The notes beneath the pieces were generated by a model. The model saw nothing but the letters and a program-made list of their open reading frames with translations, made no database searches and was not told the origin of the DNA. The position numbers and the translations under genes were made by a program. Of a DNA stretch of 64,000 bases, positions 47,884 through 59,069 are shown in pieces. The DNA is taken from assembly GCA_965153285.1 (NCBI GenBank), contig OZ229110.1; one strand, 5' to 3'. The first letter of the stretch is position 1; every line of letters begins with the position of its first letter. This stretch comes from Podarcis tiliguerta (taxonomy: Eukaryota).

Positions 47884-48237
47884 AGGTGAAGGACAAGATG
47901 GCGCCTTCTCCAAGGCACAGATAGGAGCCAGCGGGACTGGTAGTTGAATCTTACTCCAATACTGGGAAAGGACAGCGTTTTCCACTGCAGTTGAGGGCAA
48001 CAGGCTGGCGCAGGCACTCACAGCTCTGGCCGCTCCCGGACCTCAGAATCTGCCACCTGAAGCACCTGCTTCATTCTGCCTCATTGTAGGGATGATGATG
48101 AAGAAACCTCACAGTGGGGGTGGCCATTTAAATGGCAGCGCTGTACCGTTCATAATGGTCCTTTCCTTCCTTAAGGTATCACGTTTACATGGACAGCAGC
48201 AGCATTGTAACATATTTGGCCTTAGAGCAGGCTTAAG

Positions 48238-48603
48238 CAGGGCTTTTTCACAGCTGGAACTTGCCAGAACTCCATTTTGGCCCCTATCAGGTGGGCACCA
48301 TTGCCATTACAGTGGTACCTCAGGTTACATACGCTTCAGGTTACAGACCCCGCTAACCCAGAAATAGTTCCTCGGGTTAAGAACTTTGCTTCAGGATGAG
48401 AACAGAAATTGTGCTCCGGCGGCGCAGTAGCAGCAGGAGGCCCCATTAGCTAAAGTGGTGTTTCAGGTTAAGAACAGTTTCAGGTTAAGAACAGACCTCC
48501 AAAACGAATTAAGTTCTTAACCTGAGGTACCACTGTATAAGAGAACAAGGGAGGTGTTCATGGTGAGTTCCAGCACCTCTTTTTTTCTAGAAAAATAGCA
48601 CTG
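48238..48603. mobile_element. hAT-type MITE (same family as 47427) with a nested mariner MITE family A at 48310-48535
   Basis: Outer ends cagggcttttt / aaaatagcactg; inner TA|cagtggtacctcaggtta ... taacctgaggtaccactg|TA. Confidence 0.8.
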
Positions 48604-51534
48604 GTTAAGCAAAGGATGCCCACCACATCTGATGTGGCAAAGTCACGAGGAGATTGTTTGAAGTTGTGCTCAATTTCACTCGTGTACAATTAGGAATGCG
48701 TCCTGATCCTGGCTGTGTGAAGATGGCTTGTATCTCTACCTGGTCAAGTAATCTTGTTCAATTTTCAAGCTTTTCACTTGACATAAATACCAATTGTCAC
48801 CACAGGGGGGTGCCTGCATACAAAATATTCCCCAGAGGAAATTAGAATGGTTTTAAAATATATATATGACACTACCATATCAAAAATAAATAAATGAAAA
48901 TGAATGAGGGAACCACTCTAGGCTCGATTGTTTTGTTATTTTTATGGACGCATTTTTTAAATCAGTGTGCATTGTGCTCCTTGCCAATAAGATGAAAGAA
49001 AATAGGAACTAAGAAAACAATAAAAGTAAATAACCTCTTGTGACTCTTTAATAAAAAATATGAGGGGGTGAGAAGACATTCTGCCAACTATATATGTTGT
49101 GTGTTTAATGGAATCATATAAAGCTATTGAATTTGATTCACACAACAGATGGTTTCAGTGAGTGAACTTAAAGGACCTTTTCTAGGGGAGAGCTATTTCA
49201 CACATTTACTTTAGCAGAGATAAATGTGTTTGAAGAAGCCTTTTAGCAGATTCAAGTCCTGCAGTGTTTGATGAAGCTATGAGGAAAGGCATCAGAGAGG
49301 TAATTTGACTTCCTAATGCTCTGGGGTTGAGAAGCATTTTTGTTATGTAATTCAGATTGGCGCATCCACCTCCCTCCTCTTTGCCCCTCTCCTGATGAAG
49401 TATGTGAGTGATGTCAAATTCAACCTTGCTCCACAAGGTGGCTCAGCCATGTTATTGTTTGCTAGCTGGCTGGCTAGATATTAATTTAACTGTGTTATTT
49501 ATCACAATATATAACATATCCATATGTCTTCACTTAACCACTCGAAAAATAAATAAATCAGCAACTGTTTAAAACAATGTAGGAACTAGTTTATGATGCA
49601 ATCTCAATCATATAATGTTTAATTGCTAGGGAGAGTTTTAAGCAAGACATTTATTTCTTTAAAGTATTTAAACTCTGCTCTACTCTGAATAACTTCCATT
49701 CTGATTTAGGCTGTGTGCTCATTGCCATTGATTCTGGCTTCAGTGTCTCCTGTAGTTCAAGAAATACTGCTGTTTGATGCATTTCCCCTCAAACCAGCTT
49801 CCATCCAATTTGAAAACGTGAAGCTTAGGTGTGTACATTTGAGACAGCTGTCATGCATGTGCAGTTGACAACGCATGCACAGACAGCCTCCTTGAACAGG
49901 AGTTTGGTGAGGGAAAGCAAATTAGGTAATGTGCATTGGGTGAAGACATCTCCACCCACTCTCTGATGAATACAGCAATGTGAAAAAGCAACTTGAAAAG
50001 CAGCAAGGGGAAACGATGTTATTGCATTTTAAGCCTTGAATATGTGCGCAGCCTCAGTTCCACCCAGAGCCTTGTGGAAATTATTTTAGCATAAGCATCT
50101 TATTGGCATGAGTGGACTGCCTTGCCTCCCAGTCTGTTTCGGAATGTCAAGACATTGGTCTCTCTTTTTTTAAAAGAACGTTTTATTGTTTCAACAATAC
50201 AAACTAATCAGCGGCATTGAATTCTTTCTAAATGAAGCTGCCCAGATGGTTAGACTCATTATTTTTTGAGTCCTTTAAGTGCTCATCCCTGACGGTCCGG
50301 CAGCTATTTGTTTTTCAGTCTTGGCCCCAACAAAGTACCAGTTGACCTTAAAAAAATTTACTCATGAGAGGGAAATTCTTTGTGCTCTCTTTAACAGATC
50401 GAGTCTTCGAAGAATCAATTTCATTTGGAGGTGAAAGGGGCTAGGCAGAGGTTTACTGGTGTCTTTGTAACCTGTGTATTTGTAAATATACAGCTATGAG
50501 CGAATAGCATTGAGGGAGACAGAAAGTAGATTGGGACCTACTGTAGGCCTCTTGCTGATTTACAGTAGACCATGAAAGATTTCTGACTCCCAGTGGGATT
50601 TTGTATGGAAGGACTGTGAGCTCTGTTAAGCCTTGGGTACTTAATAATAATTTTAAAAAAGCAAAGCAAATTCCTGCCTTCAGAATTCTTTAATTCTTAG
50701 CATATATGGCTGTTGCACCTGACTCCACATTCGTGGATCTTGGGGTTCTGACACAAAATAAAATAGATCTCATAAGCCTGGTGTCTGCTGTCCCTTTTTA
50801 CAGGTGATCAGTCAGATAAGTGCACAAGAAATGTTAGTTTCCACTGTCATCACCACGCCATCCTTTGTCCAGGGCACCTAAAGTCAACTCGCTCTGAGCA
50901 GGGAAAATGCTCTCAGATCCAGACAACTGACAAACAGTGTGACTTCTAAGTAACTTAGACACTTTCTACATACTCCTAGAGCACCCGCCTTCCCGCTTCA
51001 CATGCCAGTTTATCAGGGCTGTCTTCTCTGATGGTTCTGCTCACCTGCTGGGCGTGAAAAAAGGAAGGAGGCAACATGGCCAAGAATAGCCTTGGCTTCT
51101 CCTTTCCTTCACAGCATGAAGTGATCAGTCCCTGACAGTGGTGCCTGTCTAGTGCAAAAGCCACAACATGCACTGGGTATTGGGTTCCGAATTTAAAAAC
51201 CTAGGAAGCTGCCAAATATCAGATACGACTATTTTTTGCTTCCTTAGGGAGCAATCTGGTCTCCCCACGCCCAGCTGTGATGGGTAAAACTTATCGGTTA
51301 AGGATACTCCAATATGCTCCTTTGTTCAGTGCTTTGGAACTGTGTAACCCCAATGAATTATAATGCCAAAGTGGCAATTTATTTTGCTTTTCTCTACCAG
51401 TTTCTCATTTAAATCACTTAACTCTGGATGTGGGTCACAGCTGCAGGAGCTCCTGGGGCTGCCCATGAGGTGCCCAAGATTTGCTCCTGCATGGATATAA
51501 CCAATTTAAAACTAATTAAACCAATGTAGGAGTT

Positions 51535-51535
<1 letters not shown>

Positions 51536-51588
<53 letters not shown>
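51536..51588. repeat. (CT)n microsatellite
   Basis: Seen directly. Confidence 0.9.
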
Positions 51589-51591
<3 letters not shown>

Positions 51592-51821
51592 CATTCATTT
51601 GCATTTGCAATCTGAATTTTATCCACCAAGTAGCCCATTCATTTCCTTTGGCTCATCGCTCTGCTAGTCCCAGTGGTTTTCTTTAGACGTGCATGATTAA
51701 AGTAAACTTTGCCCATCTCCATATTATCCAACTTTGCTATTTCTCTCCTTTTTTGAGTTAGTAAAGACATAAATAGGATTGCAGCCTAGGGGATACAATC
51801 TTTACTAAATCCTGGTGCATT

Positions 51822-51852
<31 letters not shown>

Positions 51853-54800
51853 GTGCTTTTTTCTTTAAAAATGTTTAGGGGTACTCTCATTTTGACTCAG
51901 GGAAAATCACCATTTTATAGTTCAAATTGGGAAAAGTAAATAAAATGAAACTGACCAATCACCGTGCTAGATTACAACTCCTACTTCACACATTAAACGC
52001 TCGCTTCCATCTGAGACTCAGGAAACACCGTGACAGGAAATGAGGCCACCATCAGGGATAGCAACGGAACTGACGATTCACCATGCTAGAGAAGAAACTG
52101 ATCAACAGTGGCCTTCCGGCAATGGTTCTGGTACAAAAACCTACAACCAATTGTACTTTTGCAACGTTTTCAGTTTACAAAGGGCTTCTTCAGACTGGGG
52201 TTTTATTCTGGGTGTGTCCTGCTGTTGCCTCCATGCCCTGCTTGTGGGTTTCCGAATGGCCACTGTGGAAAATGGTCTACTCTATTGGACTGGGTGGCTC
52301 CATGAATCTCCTCCAGGAGGTTCCTTTATGTTTTGAAATTCTGTACACTCTCGATTGACATTATTTACTGGGTGGGCAGAGGGGGGGTGGGGGGCATGGA
52401 AATAAAGCAACAAAAAAAAGTGATCGTCCAAAGAAGAATTTTGCAAGGTTTCTAAGGCCGTGAATATCAACTAGGATTCTGAGGTGTGGTTCTAGAGTGC
52501 AAAGCATTTCACACAGGTTGGACCTCACTGTCACCCTGCCTAAGATGACCGCTAGGACACTCCCAAATTTTGTCATGTATGTTCATGACAGGTGTAGCTT
52601 TGTAGTGGTTGGCAAGCTTATCTGTTATTGGTGGTCTTCTCACTGAGGAGCCCCTGATAAGCACCCAACAAGCATCTCTGGGATCTCCAGACCTCAGTCT
52701 GCAAACCTTTTAACTAATGCAAGAAAATGTCCATGATTACTGTACGCATATTATCAAAGTAAACATTATGTGATAACCGAGGTCAGGTGTTGCTAAGCAA
52801 ATGTTTGCAAGGAGAAGGACAAGGCAGCAAAGCAAAATGACTTCTCTAACAGTGTTAGCTGAAGTCCACTTACCCTTGGTACACAATGTTTTTTCATTCA
52901 TGGCAACAATAACATTAACTTCAGGCGTCATCATAGATCAGGCAGCAAATTTCCTTCCCCCTCCACTTAGAGTCAGAATGGAACAGGGATGATAAAATCC
53001 ATCATCTAGAACGACTGGAATGAAAAATAATGATGATGAAGATCCAAAATTCAGTTAATTTGTTTTGTTCAGAATTACCAAATTTTGGTGAGCATCCATT
53101 TATCATGTGTCCCGTGGAGACTTCTTGGTAAGACTGGTCAGAGAGCAAGAAGCAACAGGATGAGATTGCTGACCATGAGATTCCTTTTCATGCCTCACAT
53201 GCAAGTTCCAAATAGTGCATCTTATAGTGCATTGTCCAGTACAGACATTTTGGACCTAATGAATATGCGTGGTAGCTCCTGGGCTAGGACCAACAATTAC
53301 AGCAGCATTGTTGACCTTTCACCTGAACCCCTGACTCCAAGTCCCACTGACAAATACAGTAGGTCAAGTCCAAAGCTCAACAGCCGGGATACACAGTCCA
53401 GGGTCAATCCAAATAGGCCAAGCACAAAGTCCAATGGTCAGGAAATACAGTCCGGAGTCCAACCCAAAGCACAGTACTGTAGAGGTTCTAGAGCTTCCAA
53501 GTCAAGGTCCATCAACATAGAAAGATAGGCAGATACAGCTCAACAGCCCTACTCCCCTTTTTGCTTTTGAGTCTTGATTGTAGCACCTGGGCTTGATGAG
53601 CATGTGACCCTCACCTGTCCTGAGTTGAATCCAGCTGAGGAATCACAAACCTTCTCCTAGAGCTAAGGAGCCCCACTTGGCAGGCTGTGGGCCTTTGCCT
53701 GACTCAGCCTCCCAGAACATACTTCCCACTGTTCCCTACACCTCAGAGCCCGCCTTGTTCGTGGAGACCCCTTTGGCTCTGATGATTGGTCGTGCTGCTC
53801 TGGTCCCTGCACACTGAACCACATCCCCTCGCTGTCCCCTGTCATCCTGTGAGCACTTCCCACAAAACCACCCTCTCCCTGGCTTGCCCCAGTGGGTCCC
53901 AGTTGCAGCTACACCCCTCTCCAAGATCCTCTTTCTCCTCCCCATTGTCCTGCCTGTTTGTGACAACCTTACTGTTTGTTATGGGGTCTTGTTGAGCTGC
54001 TTGGAAAAGCATCTATTATCAGTTGTACCTTGCATCATCATCATCATCATGGTTGCATTTATCAGGTGAGACTGTGCTAAAGACTTAACAGGATTTCCCC
54101 ACTGAGGCAGAGCTTTCTGTACTCTGTCCTTTATGAGCAGATTTGGAAAAATCTGCAAATTTTTTCATCCTTCTCCAAGGAGCAAAGAAATAAAACTCTG
54201 TCATTGTTACATAAAACAGGTGTGGTTTTTTTTTTAAATTGGAGATGAGCAATCCTAATAAAAGAACTGAGAATTGCTAACAAACTCTGTCAGGTGAGTG
54301 CTGGCTCCTTTTTGTGTTCTGCAGATACATTTTCGTCAATGGGAAAATAATAAAGCCGGGAGGAAGCCATTGCTGCATTTCAAATGCAGTCTCTAATCAG
54401 CACCTGCACAGACGGAGAACTGGTATAAGACACGTTGGCAGCTTGCTAGACAACAGGTAAAAATAGAAGAATGCAATATAATTCACTGGATCTAAAAAGT
54501 CCAGGGAAACACAAAAGCCCTTTGGAGAGCGATGCTAAAGATCAATGCATGCTGCACAGAACTATTTTTGCAACAGGTAAATGAATGGATTCAGCTCATC
54601 CTGCTGCACACAGCACTCATTAGGAAACAACAAACGGCAATTTAAAAAGCAAGAGGATGATGTGTTCCCAAACTCGAGGCAGGTGACATGAAAGAAATAT
54701 TCAGCCTACAAGTACTGAAGAAGAACCAATTGCAGAGCACACAGTCTATTATTATAAAAGCTGTTTTATTATAGCAGTTCAGCTAGCAGTCTGATTCTTT

Positions 54801-55568
54801 GCTCTTTATCCCATTCTGGCCCAGAATTTATGAGAGGTGCAGAATAGCCATCTGACAGTGAACTCCTACTCAGAAGTAAACTCCATTTTGTTGGCACTTG
54901 CAGCCTAAGGGAGTGAGTCCTTGCAGCCTTAATGACATATATAGAGGTTGTGAAATGGAAAAGAAATATCTACGCTTGCACTAAATTTAATGAAAGAGAA
55001 GTGAAAATCAATGCTAACCTAATTTATTTATTGCTAGACATTCTGTGGACAGATGGTTTTAAAAAGATTTTCTCTCTGTCTGCAAAAACAGGATTTCAGA
55101 ACAACATGTTGACAAGGCAGGGAGAAAATGCCCTAGTGTGCCGAGTTTTGTACAGCCAGAAGTGCATCCCTATTTCCTTTCTGTGCTGAATATTTAATGG
55201 AAAGCTTAGAAAAACATTTTATTATATTGGTGATTACCACCTTACAAATACTATATATAATTTTGAAATAGGTTTTATGGGCTCATTAACTATGTACTCC
55301 ATATGCTGCTAAAGCAGCTTCAAAAATATATGCCATCTACCAACTGTCTTGTAACTTACGGGATATTTTGGGGTTCTGCAAACCCAAACATAATATCAAA
55401 GGCAATTCTTCCTGAACCAACTGTTCTTCCCAGTGGAGATTCCTCAACATTTTTACAAATAACCTATGGGATAACAAGCCTCATATAACCAACATGCTTA
55501 AGTCTAAGGGATTAAGGCACAGAGTGAGCTGTAGTGCCAGGCTTAGCTCACTTTGGGATGGACTAGGT

Positions 55569-55703
55569 CAGGCTTCCTCAACCTTGGCCCTCCGTGTTTT
55601 TGAGACTACAATTCCCATCATCCCTGACCACTGGTCCTGCTAGCTAGGGATCATGGGAGTTGTAGGCAAAAAACATCTGGAGGGCCGAGGTTGAGGAAGC
55701 CTG
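55569..55703. mobile_element. Palindromic hAT-type MITE
   Basis: TIR caggcttcctcaacct(t/c)ggccctcc; perfect 8-bp TSD gactaggt. Confidence 0.9.
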
Positions 55704-56629
55704 GACTAGGTAATCAAGCCCTTATTCCCCTTCAGTCTACCAGAGAAGTTCAAGGTGTGAGGAGGGCTCAGCTGGTTGCTGCAGCTCAGACCGCATGGCT
55801 CTAACAAGCTGCTCTTGAGCTCCTAAACCAATAATTTAGGAACTTTCACCACTGTAACTAAGCATCTGGCTGACCTCTGTGAGAACAGAATGCTGGATGA
55901 GAAGGGTCTTTGGCCTGATGCAGCAGGGGCACATCTTAGATGCCACCCTATATTTCCCCTATCCCTAGGTAGGGCTCCGGACTCCAGTGCACTTATAAGA
56001 TTCAGGATTCTTTGCCATGACTGTTACCATGACACAAGAGCTTTAAATATAGGTTCAGTCCCTGGGATCTCCAGTTAAAAGGTGTGTTTGTGTGTTTCAG
56101 TGTCAGTCAAGTCAGGTAGCATCCTTGGAGAGCCACTACCAGGCTATTGGGTTGTTGTTTTTATTTTTGTTAGGTATTTTGTGGTTTTATATCTTGATTT
56201 ATTCTGTGAACTGCCCTGAGACCCCTGGGTATAGAGCGGTATATAAATTCAATAAATAGTAGTAGTAGTAGATAGCACTAGCCTATAATTTTATTACTGT
56301 TATTTTTATTACCTATTACATTTCTATACCTCCACTCTTCCCAATTTACAGTTTACAATATTAACACACAATACTACACAATATATAAACAACTAGTCTG
56401 GAGCTTGGCATAGTTGGGTGGCATCTGTCCTGAATGCTTTAGTTGAGATTTTCCTGCATTGCAGGAGGTTGGACTGGATGATCTTTGGGAATCCCTTCCA
56501 ACTCTCTGATTCGGTGACAAGGTAGCACCCTCTGCGGGAAGCAGGATCAGAGAGGCCGTTCGTGATATGAGACCAGTCAGAGTAATAGGGGACATGTTGG
56601 GCGCTTTAACCCGCTCTTGTCGTTGAGAG

Positions 56630-57030
56630 AAAAACAAACTACAATTCCCATCATGCAGATCGTCACCCGTCATCTCTTTGGCCAATAGCGAAGAGAGAAC
56701 CTGACGTCGCCGGTGACTTCAATGCACGCGGACCAATCGCTGGCTCCGTTGTGCGGCGCACGCTGAGCGCGAAGGAGGAAAGCGGCCGTTGGCCGTTGGA
56801 GGCCGGCGCGAAGGCGACGCGTGATTTGAACAAAGTGGCGGCAGAGCTGAGCGAGTCGGGCGGCCGCGCGCGGGGCGTGAGTTGAGTCGCAGCCCCGCTC
56901 CGAGAACAAGGCGACCTGGACACGGTCCCTTGTTCGCTGCCGAGAGACAGGCTCGGGTTTGCAGCTGCCGCGTCCCTTGGTATGGGGGGGGGGAGGGAGG
57001 GGACTCGTCTGACGGAGGAGGGGGGAAGTG
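56630..57030 (+). promoter_or_regulatory. SPC25 CpG-island promoter and probable non-coding exon 1 (donor gtgagt at 56877)
   Basis: The only CpG-dense stretch in the window outside a TE. ACTACAATTCCCATCATGCA 56638-56657, two CCAAT boxes, TGACGTC, three CCGTTG (MYB-type), GGCGCGAA (E2F-like), CHR TTTGAA 56825-56830. Confidence 0.8.
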
Positions 57031-57054
57031 TCTGTTGGTGTTCTCTCTATCGTT

Positions 57055-57255
57055 ATATAGATATGGTGTGTGTGTGTGTGTGTGTACATGCGTGTGTGTG
57101 TGTTTACACACACACACACACATAATGGTGTGTATAGTGAGTGGATATGATGTGTTTGTGTATGTGTGTCTGTATATGTGTGTACGTATATGTAGTGTAT
57201 GTATATAGTATATCTGTGTATGTATATTGTGTAGTGTATGTGTATAGTGTATGCT
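57055..57255. repeat. (TG)/(CA)/(TA) low-complexity tract in SPC25 intron 1
   Basis: Seen directly. Confidence 0.85.
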
Positions 57256-57828
57256 CCTGATTTTTTTTCTGATTTTTTTCCTGACATGTAGAAGACATCT
57301 TAAGGCAGCCCTGTTCAGGGAAGTTTTTAATCTGTGATATTTTACTGTATTTTTGTTTCTATGGAAGCCGCCCAGAGTGGCTGGGGAGGCCCAGCCAGAT
57401 GGGCGGGGTACAAATAATAAATTATTATTATTATAGTGTGTGGCTATGTATAGTATATATGTGTTTGTGAGTGGTGTATATATATGGGGTGGGTGGGTGT
57501 GCACACACACAGAGAGAGAGAATTCAGTTCTTGCCAGGCAAAGTAGAAACATTTTTTTAAAAAAGAGAATGCTCCTGATTTTTTTCCTGTTAAATAGTCT
57601 ACCTCCGTACTTAGGGGGTTGGGGAGCCCCTTACGATCCCTGCTTAGAATCATAGAGTTGTAGATTTGGAAGGGACTCCAATGATTTAAAACTTATTAGA
57701 GAGACATCGTCATTAATGACGGTGAGGGTCTCATTTTCAGGAAGATTCTTGAAAGAAAGAAAAAAAGCAAGTGGCCGGTCAGAAAGCAGGACTGGCTTTT
57801 TATTTACTCCGCCAACTGGATTTCAAAG

Positions 57829-57971
57829 AATCATAGAATTGTAGGGTTGAAAGGGACCTCAAATGTAATCTAGTCCAACCCCGTGTAGTGCTGGAATATT
57901 TTAGCCCAACGTGGGGCCTGAACCCACAGCCCTGAGATTCAGAATCTCATGCTCTACCGACTGAGCTATCC
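57829..57971 (-). mobile_element. tRNA-Lys-derived SINE with CR1-type 3' end
   Basis: Reverse complement resembles the 19615 copy. Confidence 0.75.
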
Positions 57972-58915
57972 TTGTTTAAAATTGTAACAGCCACTTAGTT
58001 GCTGAGGGTGAACAGTTTCAGCTCTTCTTACATATGGTTTGATTTTGCTGCTGGATTTCTTCCCCTGGAAAGCTTCTTTGACCCCACACCCCTTTTTTAA
58101 AATGGCAAAGCTGGCAACACCTGGATGGAGTTGTGCAGCTTGTCTTGTGTGAGGGGAGGGATTTACACTTCCCTTGAAGGTGAGCTGTAGTTGAGGGGAG
58201 CATCTGCTCCCAAACATTGCCAATGGCAGTGCAAGGAGCATCAGTGGCCAAGCTAGTTTGCCTGTTAGGATCATATTCCTGGGGAAACCTGACCTAGTAA
58301 ATCATGCTCTGACTCCTTCCAAGCTGAATTATTAGCACTGTAAGTAAGGTAACTTTTAAAGATGGTTTGGAAACTTTTGGCAAAGGAGGCTGCATATTGC
58401 AGCAATTCTGTACTGGTAACATATTTTGGTTTTGGGATTTGTCTATGCAAAGGGTTGCCTGTTCATACCAAACCTTATAACAGAAAATCAGGCCCTGCAG
58501 TCTCAACCATCACTAAGAGGCAATTAACAAGAGCAAGGCTTTCTTGGCAGTTGATGAAACGCACTCGCACTAAAAACTTATTTGGCTCCATCATTATTTA
58601 GTATTTAAAGTATTAAGTCGTATTCATTTTGAAGGGTTATGTGTGTGTTAGGATTACCGTAATTTTATATGTTCTGTCATGTTGAGAATTACATAGGGTC
58701 TTGTGAGAGCTTTTATGGCTAATGATAGCATTCAGTTGTAAACAGCCCAACACTTATTCTGATACCTAGATTTTTGCCCTTTAAAATCTAAATGACTTGG
58801 ATACGTGGGATTTTTCAATAAGCAATTATTTTACGTTTACCCAGGAAATCAGCAAGCCTGTCTGTCTACCTGGAGAAACTTCTGAGTGATTATACCGTAA
58901 TCTATTTTTAGAATC

Positions 58916-59069
58916 ATGGCCCAGGAAAAAGGTGATGATGAACTGGCAAAACTTGCAGAACACATGAAGGAATTATGGACTAAGTTCAAAACCACTTGTA
59001 GCAATGAGAAGATTGACCAGACGCTGAGGCTGAGTGATTTATGCATGGAGTCTTTATGCAAGCTTTCAG
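58916..59069 (+). CDS. SPC25: SPC25 first coding exon
   Basis: tttag|AATC ATG; [25 protein letters not shown]; donor gtacaa. Confidence 0.9.

Noticed and set aside
53085-53965. 147-aa ORF and a possible Gypsy-like LTR (similar texture at ~27040-27550 and ~37210-38020)
   Set aside because: Composition is LTR-like and one end reads TGACA, but I found no matching TSD or coding domain, so boundaries are unsupported.
56670-57552. 205-aa and 277-aa minus-strand ORFs
   Set aside because: They run through a CpG island and TG/CA low-complexity sequence that lacks stops; His/Thr/Tyr repeats, no domain.
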